Shown piece by piece: positions 1 through 8,975 of a stretch of DNA of 27,122 bases; positions within the stretch are counted from its first letter, which is position 1, and each line of letters starts with the position of its first letter. Origin of the DNA: Elusimicrobiota bacterium (lineage in GTDB: Bacteria > Elusimicrobiota > UBA8919); the NCBI GenBank assembly GCA_043816185.1, contig JBDRIG010000037.1, positions 1-27,122 of the forward strand, written 5' to 3'. Under the pieces are notes generated by a model. It worked only from the letters and a program-made list of their open reading frames with translations. It made no database searches and was not told where the DNA came from. The translations under genes and the position numbers were made by a program.

Positions 1-169
1 CTTTATTATTGGTGTCATTTACAAATTTATATTCGTTTATCTCCACCCGTTTAGCGGGAAGGAAGCGTGTCAAAAGATGCTGATTTTTGACAAAGGGGAT
101 GCTATTTTCTACTTGACATGCTTTTCCATAGATGACCAAAAGCGGAGTTGCAACACAGTGCCATCTACT

Positions 170-706
170 TTACACTATATTTCGTGCCTGTTCTACATCT
201 ATTTCTGTCTTCAACGGGTATACCAGATGTTCCTGTAAATTTTGTTCCATCGATATATTTTTTTTTACTCCGAAACCTGTTAGGTGTAAAAGTTTTTCTA
301 CAAAATCATTTTTCTGATTTAAAACATTTTTATTGAGAAGTGAAAGTTTTTCTTGTAGCAAAAAAAATTTTTCGGCGTTGGGCTGTCTATCGGGCGTCAA
401 GGCATCAAGAACTTCACAAATATAACATGCTTCATAATATTTTTTTACATTATATCGAATCTGTGGGTTAGAATCAAGTATTACGCCTCCTGTAATTTTT
501 CCGAACACAGCATGTTCTCTCAAAAAAAGACGGTATTCGGCCAGAACAAAAAGTTCCGTCAGCGATACTAACTTTGCTTTCGGCTTTCTAACACTTTTTA
601 CAATTACTTTTACCTTTCCAAAATCTTTTGTGTAAAGTGTTAACAGACGATCATATTCGTGAAAATCGGTTTTTTTGATAACAATCGCCTGTGAATTGTA
701 GATCAT
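170..706 (-). CDS. recO: DNA repair protein RecO (short form)
   Basis: N-terminal OB-fold signature (AIVIKKTDFHEYDRLLTLYTKDFGKVKVIVKSVRKPKAKL). Lies at the end of the phoH-ybeY-CNNM cluster, a common position for recO. Confidence 0.9.
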   Translation of the reverse strand: MIYNSQAIVIKKTDFHEYDRLLTLYTKDFGKVKVIVKSVRKPKAKLVSLTELFVLAEYRLFLREHAVFGKITGGVILDSNPQIRYNVKKYYEACYICEVLDALTPDRQPNAEKFFLLQEKLSLLNKNVLNQKNDFVEKLLHLTGFGVKKNISMEQNLQEHLVYPLKTEIDVEQARNIV

Positions 707-781
707 AAAATTAATAAAATTTAGTTGCCAAAAGGTACTACGCCCTAAACAACACTACTTCGTTAAGAACAAGTTCAGTTC

Positions 782-860
782 GTCGTTGCGGGCGAAGCAA
801 AGCAATCTCGAACTTCAACACCAAGATTGCCACGGCTTCCTTCGGAAGCCTCGTAATGAC
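782..860. repeat. CGTC-type REP-like palindrome
   Basis: GTCGTTGCG...GCAATCTC...AGATTGC...CTTCCTTCGGAAG...CGTAATGAC nested inverted repeats. Near-identical copy at 23519-23599. Confidence 0.85.
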
Positions 861-1023
861 ACACATTTTTGCTATTACAACACAGTCTCAATGACGGCTT
901 GTTACAACAACATCTTTCAGTGGGCTCTATTTAATTTATTGTTGGAGTAACCAAATCCGTCACAAATAAAACTATATCGATTGTGGTCGCTTGTTTAACA
1001 CGACAAACACAACCAAAAAAACA

Positions 1024-2019
1024 TTACAACCATTTTTTCTTTTTCAAGTAAATATAAATTGCTATTGTTGATAAAACTATAATACTGATGGCAAAATGCC
1101 AAACATGTTTTTCGCCAAAAATGTTATGTTCAGGAAAAACAACGTTCATTCCATAATAGCTCGCTACAGCAACGGATGGTATTGCCACCGTCGCAAGAAT
1201 GGTTAAAAATTTCATGGTTTCATTTAACTTTAAGGTCATTGATGAAACATAAACCTCTAAAATACTCCCCATAACCTGACCATATGAATCTATTGATTGA
1301 TGCATTCTGTTTATTTGAAATATTATATCTCTGAAATATGCTAAAAATTTTTTTGAAATAATAACGCTCGTCTCCCTTGCAAAATATAAATAAACGCTTC
1401 GTTGAGGATCAATAATTTTTCTTAAATTTACAAGAATCTTGTTTGCAGAGAAAATTTCATCCATCAATTCTTTAGAAGGATTTTCAAGTATTTTATCTTC
1501 TATTCCATCAATTTTAGTACCTATCTTATTTATAATAAACTCAAAACTATTTATAGTTCTTTGAAAAATAGTATAAAGTAAATTTTCAAGTGTTCTCAAT
1601 TCTACGAGCGGCCTAATTTTTGCTTTTTCATAAATTGACTCTATTACAGAAATCTCATCTGAATGGAGTGTTACAATATAGTTCTTCCCTATAAACATAT
1701 CGAGTTCAAATATCTTGTCTTCAAATTCTGAAAAATCTTTCAACATACCATTCACACCATGAATAGCAACAAAAACATATTCTTCAAACTCTTCTACTTT
1801 TGGATGATATTGCGGAATCAAACAATCTTCTATGGAAAGTTCATGAAACCTAAAACAATCTGTTAAAATAAAAATCTCATCGGTTGTCAGTCCATCTTTT
1901 TCAATTGTAATATCAAGCCAGAGAAGTTTCGGTTTCTCCTCTATTACTATCTTTGGAATATTTTTTATATCTGTTTCTATCAAACCCTTGCCATCTTTTA
2001 TATAAATCAATTTAATCAT
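1024..2019 (-). CDS. corA: CorA family Mg2+/Co2+ transporter
   Basis: YGMN (GMN) signature between two C-terminal TM helices; WLDI, FHELSIEDC and PKVEEF motifs. Confidence 0.93.
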   Translation of the reverse strand: MIKLIYIKDGKGLIETDIKNIPKIVIEEKPKLLWLDITIEKDGLTTDEIFILTDCFRFHELSIEDCLIPQYHPKVEEFEEYVFVAIHGVNGMLKDFSEFEDKIFELDMFIGKNYIVTLHSDEISVIESIYEKAKIRPLVELRTLENLLYTIFQRTINSFEFIINKIGTKIDGIEDKILENPSKELMDEIFSANKILVNLRKIIDPQRSVYLYFARETSVIISKKFLAYFRDIIFQINRMHQSIDSYGQVMGSILEVYVSSMTLKLNETMKFLTILATVAIPSVAVASYYGMNVVFPEHNIFGEKHVWHFAISIIVLSTIAIYIYLKKKKWL

Positions 2020-2052
2020 AAACTCGCTCCTTATTTGATGATTTTATTCTCG

Positions 2053-3072
2053 CTACTCTTTAAACAATTCTGCGACATCATACTCGTCTAAAATCTCGCC
2101 GAAAACTTCTTCAATAATATCCTCGACCGTAACTAAGCCAATAATTTTATTCTCACTATTTTTTACAAGTACAAGATGTGTTTCCCCTTTTTTAAACTGC
2201 CTCATAAGTTCGCTAACCATTTTTTTCTCATTAACGACTGCAACTGGTCTCAACAAATCATCAATATTAAAAATGGCTCCAGATCGCCATATATCGAGAA
2301 GGTCATGGGTATAAATTATTCCCACAACATTATCAGGATTATCTTTGTAAACAGGAACACGGGAATGCCCTATCTCAACTATTAAATCAACAAACTTTTC
2401 TCGCTCCGTGTTAAAATTCACCATTTCTATTTTATTGCGAGGTGTCATTATAGATTTTGCAGTCAGTTGGGAAAAATTTAAAACAGAATGCATCATCTGT
2501 TTTGTTTCAACTCCAAAAACTCCCAATTCATGCCCAACGCTTATAGTGGTTTTTATATCTTCATATGTCAAAACTGGAATTTCTTTTTTCCCTAATTTTC
2601 CTGTAACCAAACTTGCAAGCCACATAAATAATCTAGATACGGGAGAAGTAAATTTGCTAAAATGATACAGGGGATTTATAAAGAAAAGTGTAATTCTTTC
2701 TGGGTTGCGTATTCCTAAAATCTTTGGTACTATCTCGCCGAAAACCAAAAAAACCGCCCAAACAAAAACGGCAGTAGCAGCAACTAACAATGATTCATCT
2801 ATATAATACTTTTTGCTTATTTCAACTGCGAGAGATGTGGCAATCGCAGTTCCTATGATTGTTATCGCATCGTTTCCTAAAAGAAGTGTTGTTAGATATT
2901 TGTTAGGATTTTCGAGCCATATTTTGAAGCCTTTTGCCTTTTGTGGATATTCTGAAAGATACTTTTTGATTTTGATTCTTGAAAGCGACACCAACGCCGA
3001 CTCTATCATAGAAAAAAAAGCAGCTATTAAAAAAAGTACTACCATCAAAAGTAATTCAATCAATGGATGCAT
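2053..3072 (-). CDS. CNNM/DUF21 + tandem CBS (hemolysin/CorB-like) membrane protein
   Basis: FFSMIESALVSLS, LLLGN and GEIVPK DUF21 motifs; CBS pair (IMTPR, GHSRVPVY, GLVTVEDIIEEVFGEILDEYD). No C-terminal CorC_HlyC domain. Confidence 0.92.
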   Translation of the reverse strand: MHPLIELLLMVVLFLIAAFFSMIESALVSLSRIKIKKYLSEYPQKAKGFKIWLENPNKYLTTLLLGNDAITIIGTAIATSLAVEISKKYYIDESLLVAATAVFVWAVFLVFGEIVPKILGIRNPERITLFFINPLYHFSKFTSPVSRLFMWLASLVTGKLGKKEIPVLTYEDIKTTISVGHELGVFGVETKQMMHSVLNFSQLTAKSIMTPRNKIEMVNFNTEREKFVDLIVEIGHSRVPVYKDNPDNVVGIIYTHDLLDIWRSGAIFNIDDLLRPVAVVNEKKMVSELMRQFKKGETHLVLVKNSENKIIGLVTVEDIIEEVFGEILDEYDVAELFKE

Positions 3073-3545
3073 TTAAGAATTTTCTCCTGTTTTTTCCACA
3101 TAATTTTTTTTGTTTCTTCCGTATAATCAGTATAGTTCATGGAATGCAAAATACCGTGGATAATCAATCTTAAAATCTCTGTATAAAAATCCTGCTTGTA
3201 AAGTTTTGCATTACTCTTTGCCATTTCAACGGATATAAAAATATCGGCACTTTTTGGCGAATACTTAAGCCCAGATTTTCTCTCTGCTAAGCATGTTCGC
3301 TTTTGATGAAAAAAGTTCTCAAGGAATGGTTGAGTGAACGATAAAACGTCCGTTGAATAGTCGGCTGCACGAAACCTTTTATTAAGTTTTTTAATTTCTT
3401 TATTGTCTAAAAAAATTATGTTACAATTATCGCTTTTTAATCTCGCTTCACGGAACATTTTTTTTTCGATGAGCAACAAATATTTACGAATTTTGTTAAT
3501 ATCTAATTTTATTCCTTCTTGTTCATCAAAAATTTTTACTGGCAT
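3060..3545 (-). CDS. ybeY: rRNA maturation endoribonuclease YbeY
   Basis: LNKRFR..DYSTDVLSF, DIFIS and IIHGILHSMNYTD metal motif (the third His of H3xH5xH appears to be Tyr). Start taken at the ATG at 3545, which has GGAG upstream, rather than the ORF-track start at 3596. Confidence 0.9.
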   Translation of the reverse strand: MPVKIFDEQEGIKLDINKIRKYLLLIEKKMFREARLKSDNCNIIFLDNKEIKKLNKRFRAADYSTDVLSFTQPFLENFFHQKRTCLAERKSGLKYSPKSADIFISVEMAKSNAKLYKQDFYTEILRLIIHGILHSMNYTDYTEETKKIMWKKQEKILKCIH

Positions 3546-3620
3546 TCGTTCACTCCGCTCACATCTAAATAAAAATTGAATGTTGGCCGAACACAACCAA
3601 ATATTCGATTAAATTTAATA

Positions 3621-5111
3621 CTATTGTTCGGTAGTTTTATTAGAATCTATCTGCGCTTCTTCGGGATATTTCACTCTAGAATGATAAATTCCAGTAAGAA
3701 CATTAACAAATTTTTCAGCAATTTTATTCAAATCGACAAGCGTTAATTCAACTTCGGATAGTTGACCATCTATAAACTTATTATTAATTATTTTATGAAC
3801 TATTTCCCATAATTGGGGAAAACTTACGTCATCAAGTGTACGAGATGCCGCCTCAACCGAGTCGGCAAGCATTATAATGGCTGATTCTTTTAATTTTGGA
3901 CGAGGACCAGGATATCTGTAAATAGATTCTTCTGGCTCCATCGCATTATCTTCAAGTGCTTTCATATAAAAATAACGAACTAAAGAAGTCCCATGGTGTT
4001 GATTAACAATATCAGTAATGATTTTATCAACTCCGTATTCTCTCATAAGACATATACCTTCTTTTACATGCGAGATAATTATAAAAGAGTACATTTCTGA
4101 CTTCAAATCCTCATGTTTGAAAATATCCACTGATTGATTTTCTATAAAATAGTTTGGCATTGTAATTTTTCCGACGTCATGATAATAGGCACCAACACGA
4201 CATAAAAGCGGATTAGCATCTACTGCACTTGCAGCAGATTCGGCAAGTGAGGCAACCATCAAAGAGTGATGATAACTTCCTGGTGCTTCAAGCATTAAAC
4301 GTTTTAATAACGGCTGTTTAAAATCGCTTAATTCCAATAATCGAATGGATGTTGTTTTGGAAAAAAATTTCTCAAGATATGGAAGAAATGCGGATGCTAA
4401 CATAACGGAAAAAACACCATTTATAGCACCCCACATTATAGGTGTTAAAAATGCTTTTACCGTCCAGCCCTCAAGTAATCCAATAGAAATAATAACAACT
4501 ATATTGGTAAGAATTAAATAGTAGCCAACCTTGATAAAATCATGTCTATTTTCAACCTTTGTGGATGCAAAAACCCCTACGATACAACTAAGACACGAAA
4601 CTGAAAATACTGAAACGGAAAAGTTAAACAAAATTCCTAAAAAAATACTTACAATTAAACTACTAATTACTGCAATTACCGGCGATATAAGAAGCGTTAT
4701 CAAAATTGCAACAACGGCTCCGGGCACTGCCCAGGCAACAAAACCATATGTTTTCAATATGCCAGATAGAAAAATGACAAATATCAAAATAAATCCGACG
4801 AGCATTACACTTTCATCGTCGTTAATAAACTCAACCTGCGATTTTTTCATGTAAACTATGGAAAGCAACATAATTACGGCAAGAAATACCATAAGCCCTA
4901 AAACACCAGTTAGGTTCAGCCCGAGTTCAAACGAAACTGTTATAACCAAACTTATATAAATAAAAACAGCTATTACAGTTGTTGGGATATGAATGTCTCT
5001 TTTGAAAATTTCTAAATCGAATTTAAATTTCTCGGGTGGCGACACTTTTTCCGTCCACAGAAGAATTTTTTTAATTGGTTTTTTTAAGATTTTTTTAATT
5101 AAGTTAATCAT
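3621..5111 (-). CDS. 7TM-HD phosphohydrolase (PgpH-like cyclic-di-AMP phosphodiesterase family), lacking the large extracellular domain
   Basis: Multiple TM helices followed by EAPGSYHHS, GAYYHDVGK, QHHGT, YRYPGPRP and IIMLADSVEAASR. Sits between phoH and ybeY, as is typical. Confidence 0.9.
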   Translation of the reverse strand: MINLIKKILKKPIKKILLWTEKVSPPEKFKFDLEIFKRDIHIPTTVIAVFIYISLVITVSFELGLNLTGVLGLMVFLAVIMLLSIVYMKKSQVEFINDDESVMLVGFILIFVIFLSGILKTYGFVAWAVPGAVVAILITLLISPVIAVISSLIVSIFLGILFNFSVSVFSVSCLSCIVGVFASTKVENRHDFIKVGYYLILTNIVVIISIGLLEGWTVKAFLTPIMWGAINGVFSVMLASAFLPYLEKFFSKTTSIRLLELSDFKQPLLKRLMLEAPGSYHHSLMVASLAESAASAVDANPLLCRVGAYYHDVGKITMPNYFIENQSVDIFKHEDLKSEMYSFIIISHVKEGICLMREYGVDKIITDIVNQHHGTSLVRYFYMKALEDNAMEPEESIYRYPGPRPKLKESAIIMLADSVEAASRTLDDVSFPQLWEIVHKIINNKFIDGQLSEVELTLVDLNKIAEKFVNVLTGIYHSRVKYPEEAQIDSNKTTEQ

Positions 5112-5174
5112 AGTAAAATCGGCGTGAAGTGTGAAATAAAAAAAACGTGAAGCGTGAAATGAAAATCAACTTCT

Positions 5175-6110
5175 TTACACTTTACACCTTCCACCGTTTT
5201 CTTCCCACTTCTCAAATGCCCCAACAATTTTTCTAACTATTCCATGCCTTAAAACATCTTTTTTAGTAAAATTTACAAATTTTATTTGAGTAATTGAACG
5301 TAAAATCTCGGTAGCTAAAACAAGTCCCGATGATTTTTTATTTTCAAAATCAATCTGGGTTATGTCGCCGGTAATAATTGCTTGGGAGCCGCTTCCAAGA
5401 CGAGTTAAAAACATTTTCATCTGTTCAAACGTTGTGTTCTGGGCTTCGTCAAGAATAACAAAAGCATCATCAAGAGTTCGTCCTCTCATATAAGCAAGCG
5501 GAACTATATCGATAATACCTTCACTTTTATATCTTGTAAAATGATGAGGGCCAACAAGTGTGTAAAATGCGTCAAAAAGAGGTGTTAGATATGGATTAAC
5601 TTTTTCATAAAAATCGCCTGGAAGAAATCCAAGTTTCTCTCCTGCTTCAACTATTGGTCTCGTTAAAATAATTCTTGAAATTTTGTTTTCTTTAAGCAAT
5701 CTTACCGCATGAGCAACTGCAAGAAATGTTTTACCTGTACCAGCGGGACCAACCGCAAAAACCATATCATATTTGTCCATCGCATTGATATATTTTTCTT
5801 GATTTTTGGTTCTTGGTTTTATCGACTTACCTCTATCGGTAATCAGAACTGTATCTGGTGGTAGGACGGAAATACCGTTGAAGTTAGATCCAATATCGTC
5901 AGTTCCGTTTTTTAGTTTCAATATTGTACTGTTTATTGAATATTCAGCATTGTCAACATTTCTTTTGCGACCTTTTATAGTAACATCGCCTCCACGGGCG
6001 TAAATTTTTACATTAAATCTTTTTTCCAAAAATTTCAAATTTTTATCATACTCTCCAAAAAGCGATAATGCCTCGTCAGATGTACCGATATAAATTTTTC
6101 TTTCTATCAT
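5175..6110 (-). CDS. phoH: PhoH family ATPase (YbeZ-like)
   Basis: GPAGTGKT Walker A, LTRP.VEAGEKLGFLPGD, PLAYMRGRTL, LDEAQN, TGDITQID. Confidence 0.96.
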   Translation of the reverse strand: MIERKIYIGTSDEALSLFGEYDKNLKFLEKRFNVKIYARGGDVTIKGRKRNVDNAEYSINSTILKLKNGTDDIGSNFNGISVLPPDTVLITDRGKSIKPRTKNQEKYINAMDKYDMVFAVGPAGTGKTFLAVAHAVRLLKENKISRIILTRPIVEAGEKLGFLPGDFYEKVNPYLTPLFDAFYTLVGPHHFTRYKSEGIIDIVPLAYMRGRTLDDAFVILDEAQNTTFEQMKMFLTRLGSGSQAIITGDITQIDFENKKSSGLVLATEILRSITQIKFVNFTKKDVLRHGIVRKIVGAFEKWEENGGRCKV

Positions 6111-6261
6111 ATGGACTATTTCTGAACTGCGAATCGACGCAAAATCTACACACGGAACTGATGGGGCTGTTTGGCAACATCCGATATCTTACCGATGTTG
6201 TGTTATCAGTAAAAAACGATGTGTCGTCTATTATCTTAATTATTAAATACTGCCACTGCTT

Positions 6262-6371
6262 GTCATTTCGAGCGCAAGGAGAAATCTCACCACCGTTCCG
6301 ACTGAAAAGCGAGATCCCTCGGTCACACACGCTCCCTCGTGATGACAGGCACACTCTCTCGTGATGACAGG
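6262..6371. repeat. CGTC-type REP-like palindrome with a tandemly duplicated 22-bp right end
   Basis: GTCATTTCGAG...GAAATCTC...GAGATCCCTCG...CTCGTGATGAC. Segments 6328-6349 and 6350-6371 are 22-bp near-identical direct repeats. Confidence 0.75.
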
Positions 6372-6488
6372 CAGGGCTTCCATCATTACACTGTACCCCA
6401 TCTGTCATTTTAACTTCCGTATCTATTCCATGCCACTTATGGAACTATTGGATTCTATCCCCACCTGTCGACAGCGAATAAATATATC

Positions 6489-8282
6489 TTATTTTTTTAG
6501 ATCTTCAACTTTTATTTTTAATTCTTTCAATTGTTTTTCGGAAACTTCCGATGGTGCGTTTGTGAGAGGACAACTTCCTGATTGGGTTTTTGGAAATGCA
6601 ATAACATCTCTTATTGACTCTGATTTCGTAATCATAGCAAGAATTCTGTCAACCCCCAAAGCAATTCCACCGTGGGGAGGAGCACCGTATTCAAGTGCGG
6701 AAAGTAGAAATCCAAATTTTATATCGGCATCATTTTTTGTGATATTCAGTATATCAAAAATTTTCTCCTGTACATTTTTTTCGTGAATTCTTATTGAACC
6801 ACCGCCTAACTCCACGCCGTTCAAAACAATATCGTAAGCACGGGATTTCAAAGAAGCAAGAGAAATAGAGGAAGAAAAGATATCCTCTTTCGACGCAGTA
6901 AACGGATGATGTACCGAATCCCATTTTTTCTCGTCAGAGTTGTATATAAAAAGTGGAAAATCGACAACCCATAAAAAATTAAATTTATCTGGCGAAATAA
7001 TTTTCAATTCTTCGGCAAGACGAATTCGCAAAGCACCCAAAGCATCGCAAACCGTTTTTTCCTTATCTGCGACGAAAAACACGATGTCACCTGATTTTGA
7101 ATTAAATATTTTGTTGATATTTTCGAGTTCAATTGGTGTAAAAAATTTTACAATATTTGATTCAAAACCATTTCCTGCCATTTTCATCCATGCAAGTCCT
7201 CTGGCACCGAATTTTTTGACAAATTCAGTTAAATTATCAATCTGCTGATGGGAAAATTTTTCGCCACAAGGTGCACAAATCCCTCTTACAATACCACCAT
7301 TTTTTATCGTTTCCGCAAAAACCTTGAAACCAGTGCCCTTAAACGTTTCCGTCAAATCGGAAATTTCCAAAGCAAACCTCGTATCAGGACGGTCGCTGCC
7401 ATATTTCAGCATTGCCACATCATATGACATTCTCTCAATTGGAATTTTTATTTCAACACCAGCGATTCTAAAAATTTCAAAAATAAGTTTCTCGGTAATG
7501 GAAATAATATCATCCTCATCAATGAAAGACATCTCAACATCAATCTGCGTGAACTCGGGTTGTCTGTCGGAACGCAAGTCCTCATCACGAAAACATTTTG
7601 CTATCTGAAAATACCTGTCAAAACCAGAAATCATTAAAAGTTGCTTAAATAATTGAGGTGATTGTGGAAGTGCAAAAAACTTTCCTGGCTCATATCTGGA
7701 AGGAACAAGAAAATCGCGAGCGCCCTCAGGAGTTGACTTTGTTAATTGTGGTGTTTCCACATCTATAAAATTATGTTTGCTTAAAAAATTTCTGACAGCA
7801 AAAATAATTTCGTGTCGCAGTAAAAGATTTTTTTTCATCTTCTCCCGACGAAGATCGATGTATCTATATTTTAGACGAATTTCTTCGGTGGGTTGATTTG
7901 CTGAATCAATTTCAAACGGTGGAACTTTTGATGTGTTTAGTACCTCAAATTTTTCTGCAACAATTTCTATTTCGCCAGTAGATAAATTTTTGTTAATGGT
8001 TCCTTCTGGACGAGTGCTGACAGTTCCTTCAACTGAAATCACATATTCTGGCTTTAAAACTTTCGCCTTTTCAAGAATATCGCCACCGCCGAAAACGACC
8101 TGCGTAATACCGTACCTATCTCGCAAATCGATAAAAATAATTCCACCGTGATCTCGACGGGTGTGCACCCATCCACAAAGAATTACCTTTTTACAAATAG
8201 ACTCCTTCGCCTGTAACAAATCCACTTGATTTGAAGAAACATCAGAACTTTTTAATTCTCCGCAATTATGTGTTCGTTTCAT
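6489..8282 (-). CDS. aspS: Aspartate--tRNA ligase (likely non-discriminating type)
   Basis: MKRTHNCGEL, RRDHGG..FIDLRDRYG, TPEGARDFLVP, LPQSPQLFKQLLM, FRDEDLR.DRQPEFTQ.D.E, GAPPHGG. The RDHG His is characteristic of non-discriminating AspRS. Confidence 0.98.
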   Translation of the reverse strand: MKRTHNCGELKSSDVSSNQVDLLQAKESICKKVILCGWVHTRRDHGGIIFIDLRDRYGITQVVFGGGDILEKAKVLKPEYVISVEGTVSTRPEGTINKNLSTGEIEIVAEKFEVLNTSKVPPFEIDSANQPTEEIRLKYRYIDLRREKMKKNLLLRHEIIFAVRNFLSKHNFIDVETPQLTKSTPEGARDFLVPSRYEPGKFFALPQSPQLFKQLLMISGFDRYFQIAKCFRDEDLRSDRQPEFTQIDVEMSFIDEDDIISITEKLIFEIFRIAGVEIKIPIERMSYDVAMLKYGSDRPDTRFALEISDLTETFKGTGFKVFAETIKNGGIVRGICAPCGEKFSHQQIDNLTEFVKKFGARGLAWMKMAGNGFESNIVKFFTPIELENINKIFNSKSGDIVFFVADKEKTVCDALGALRIRLAEELKIISPDKFNFLWVVDFPLFIYNSDEKKWDSVHHPFTASKEDIFSSSISLASLKSRAYDIVLNGVELGGGSIRIHEKNVQEKIFDILNITKNDADIKFGFLLSALEYGAPPHGGIALGVDRILAMITKSESIRDVIAFPKTQSGSCPLTNAPSEVSEKQLKELKIKVEDLKK

Positions 8283-8291
8283 TTGTCAGAT

Positions 8292-8320
8292 ATGCTATAA
8301 AAAAATGGAAGGAAAGTCAA
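8292..8320 (-). promoter_or_regulatory. sigma70-type promoter for aspS
   Basis: TTGACT (8320-8315), 17-bp spacer, TAGCAT (8297-8292) on the minus strand. Confidence 0.6.
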
Positions 8321-8429
8321 GAAAAATTGACTGAGAGTCACTTACGAATTAAAAGTGCACATTTTTTGAGGATTTAAAGATTAAATCTGCACACCCCAAA
8401 AGTAAGTTGTTATTATACAAACTGTCATT

Positions 8430-8546
8430 CAGGCTGTGTCACAATGAGCTAAAAAGTTGCATTTTTATAGAAGGTAGCAACTGATGGTAAAATATGGTAC
8501 TGCAATCCAACACTAGATGGTAAAAGATGGATTGCGACATAGTCTG
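8430..8546. mobile_element. 117-bp MITE (copy 1) with ~15-bp terminal inverted repeats
   Basis: CAGGCTGTGTCACAAT...ATTGCGACATAGTCTG, flanked by ATT/ATT. Its reverse complement is nearly identical to 13178-13294. Confidence 0.85.
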
Positions 8547-8622
8547 ATTGCGAGCGAAGCGAAGCAAACTCATAACGTTAATAAAGAGATTGCCACGAGT
8601 CGACTCATCGGCTCTCGCAATA
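8547..8622. repeat. CGTC-type palindrome interrupted by the MITE (its GTCATT start is at 8424-8429)
   Basis: ATTGCGAGCGAAGCGAAGCAAACTC...GAGATTGCCACG...CTCGCAAT. Confidence 0.75.
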
Positions 8623-8674
8623 GCCATGAACATAAAATAGGTTGTCAGTAAATGAGTCACTTAACGAAGTAGTG

Positions 8675-8941
8675 TTATTCTTCGTCAAATTTGCTTTCAA
8701 TAAGATTTTCTACTGCAGCAAATAACTCATTTTCATCAATTCCATTTATTAAAATTCTTAATTCGGTGTCTAATCCCGCTGCAAGCATCATTAAACCCAT
8801 TATTGATTTACCATCTACCTCATATTCATCTTTTAACACTTTTATATTCGATTTAAATTTAGAAGTAGTCTGAACAAAAAGTGAGGCAGGACGCGCATGC
8901 AAACCAAATCTGTTTTTAATTTTTATTATTTTATCAATCAT
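8675..8941 (-). CDS. ptsH: Phosphocarrier protein HPr
   Basis: GLHARPAS (His15) and DGKSIMGLMML (Ser46) motifs; 88 aa. Confidence 0.97.
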   Translation of the reverse strand: MIDKIIKIKNRFGLHARPASLFVQTTSKFKSNIKVLKDEYEVDGKSIMGLMMLAAGLDTELRILINGIDENELFAAVENLIESKFDEE

Positions 8942-8975
8942 ATAATGATACCATCGAAAAAAACGTTCAGCTGTT

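Noticed and set aside
40..100. Hairpins CCCG-TTTAG-CGGG and TGTCAAAA...TTTTGACA downstream of recO
   Set aside because: There is no U-tract for a terminator and only a single copy in the window, so an operator cannot be distinguished from a decayed repeat.
6068..6408. ORFs of 98 aa (+) and 110 aa (-) between phoH and aspS
   Set aside because: They are translations of the CGTC palindrome and its duplication, with no RBS or family motifs.
8439..8660. 73-aa ORF on the minus strand
   Set aside because: It spans the MITE and palindrome; a chance reading frame.
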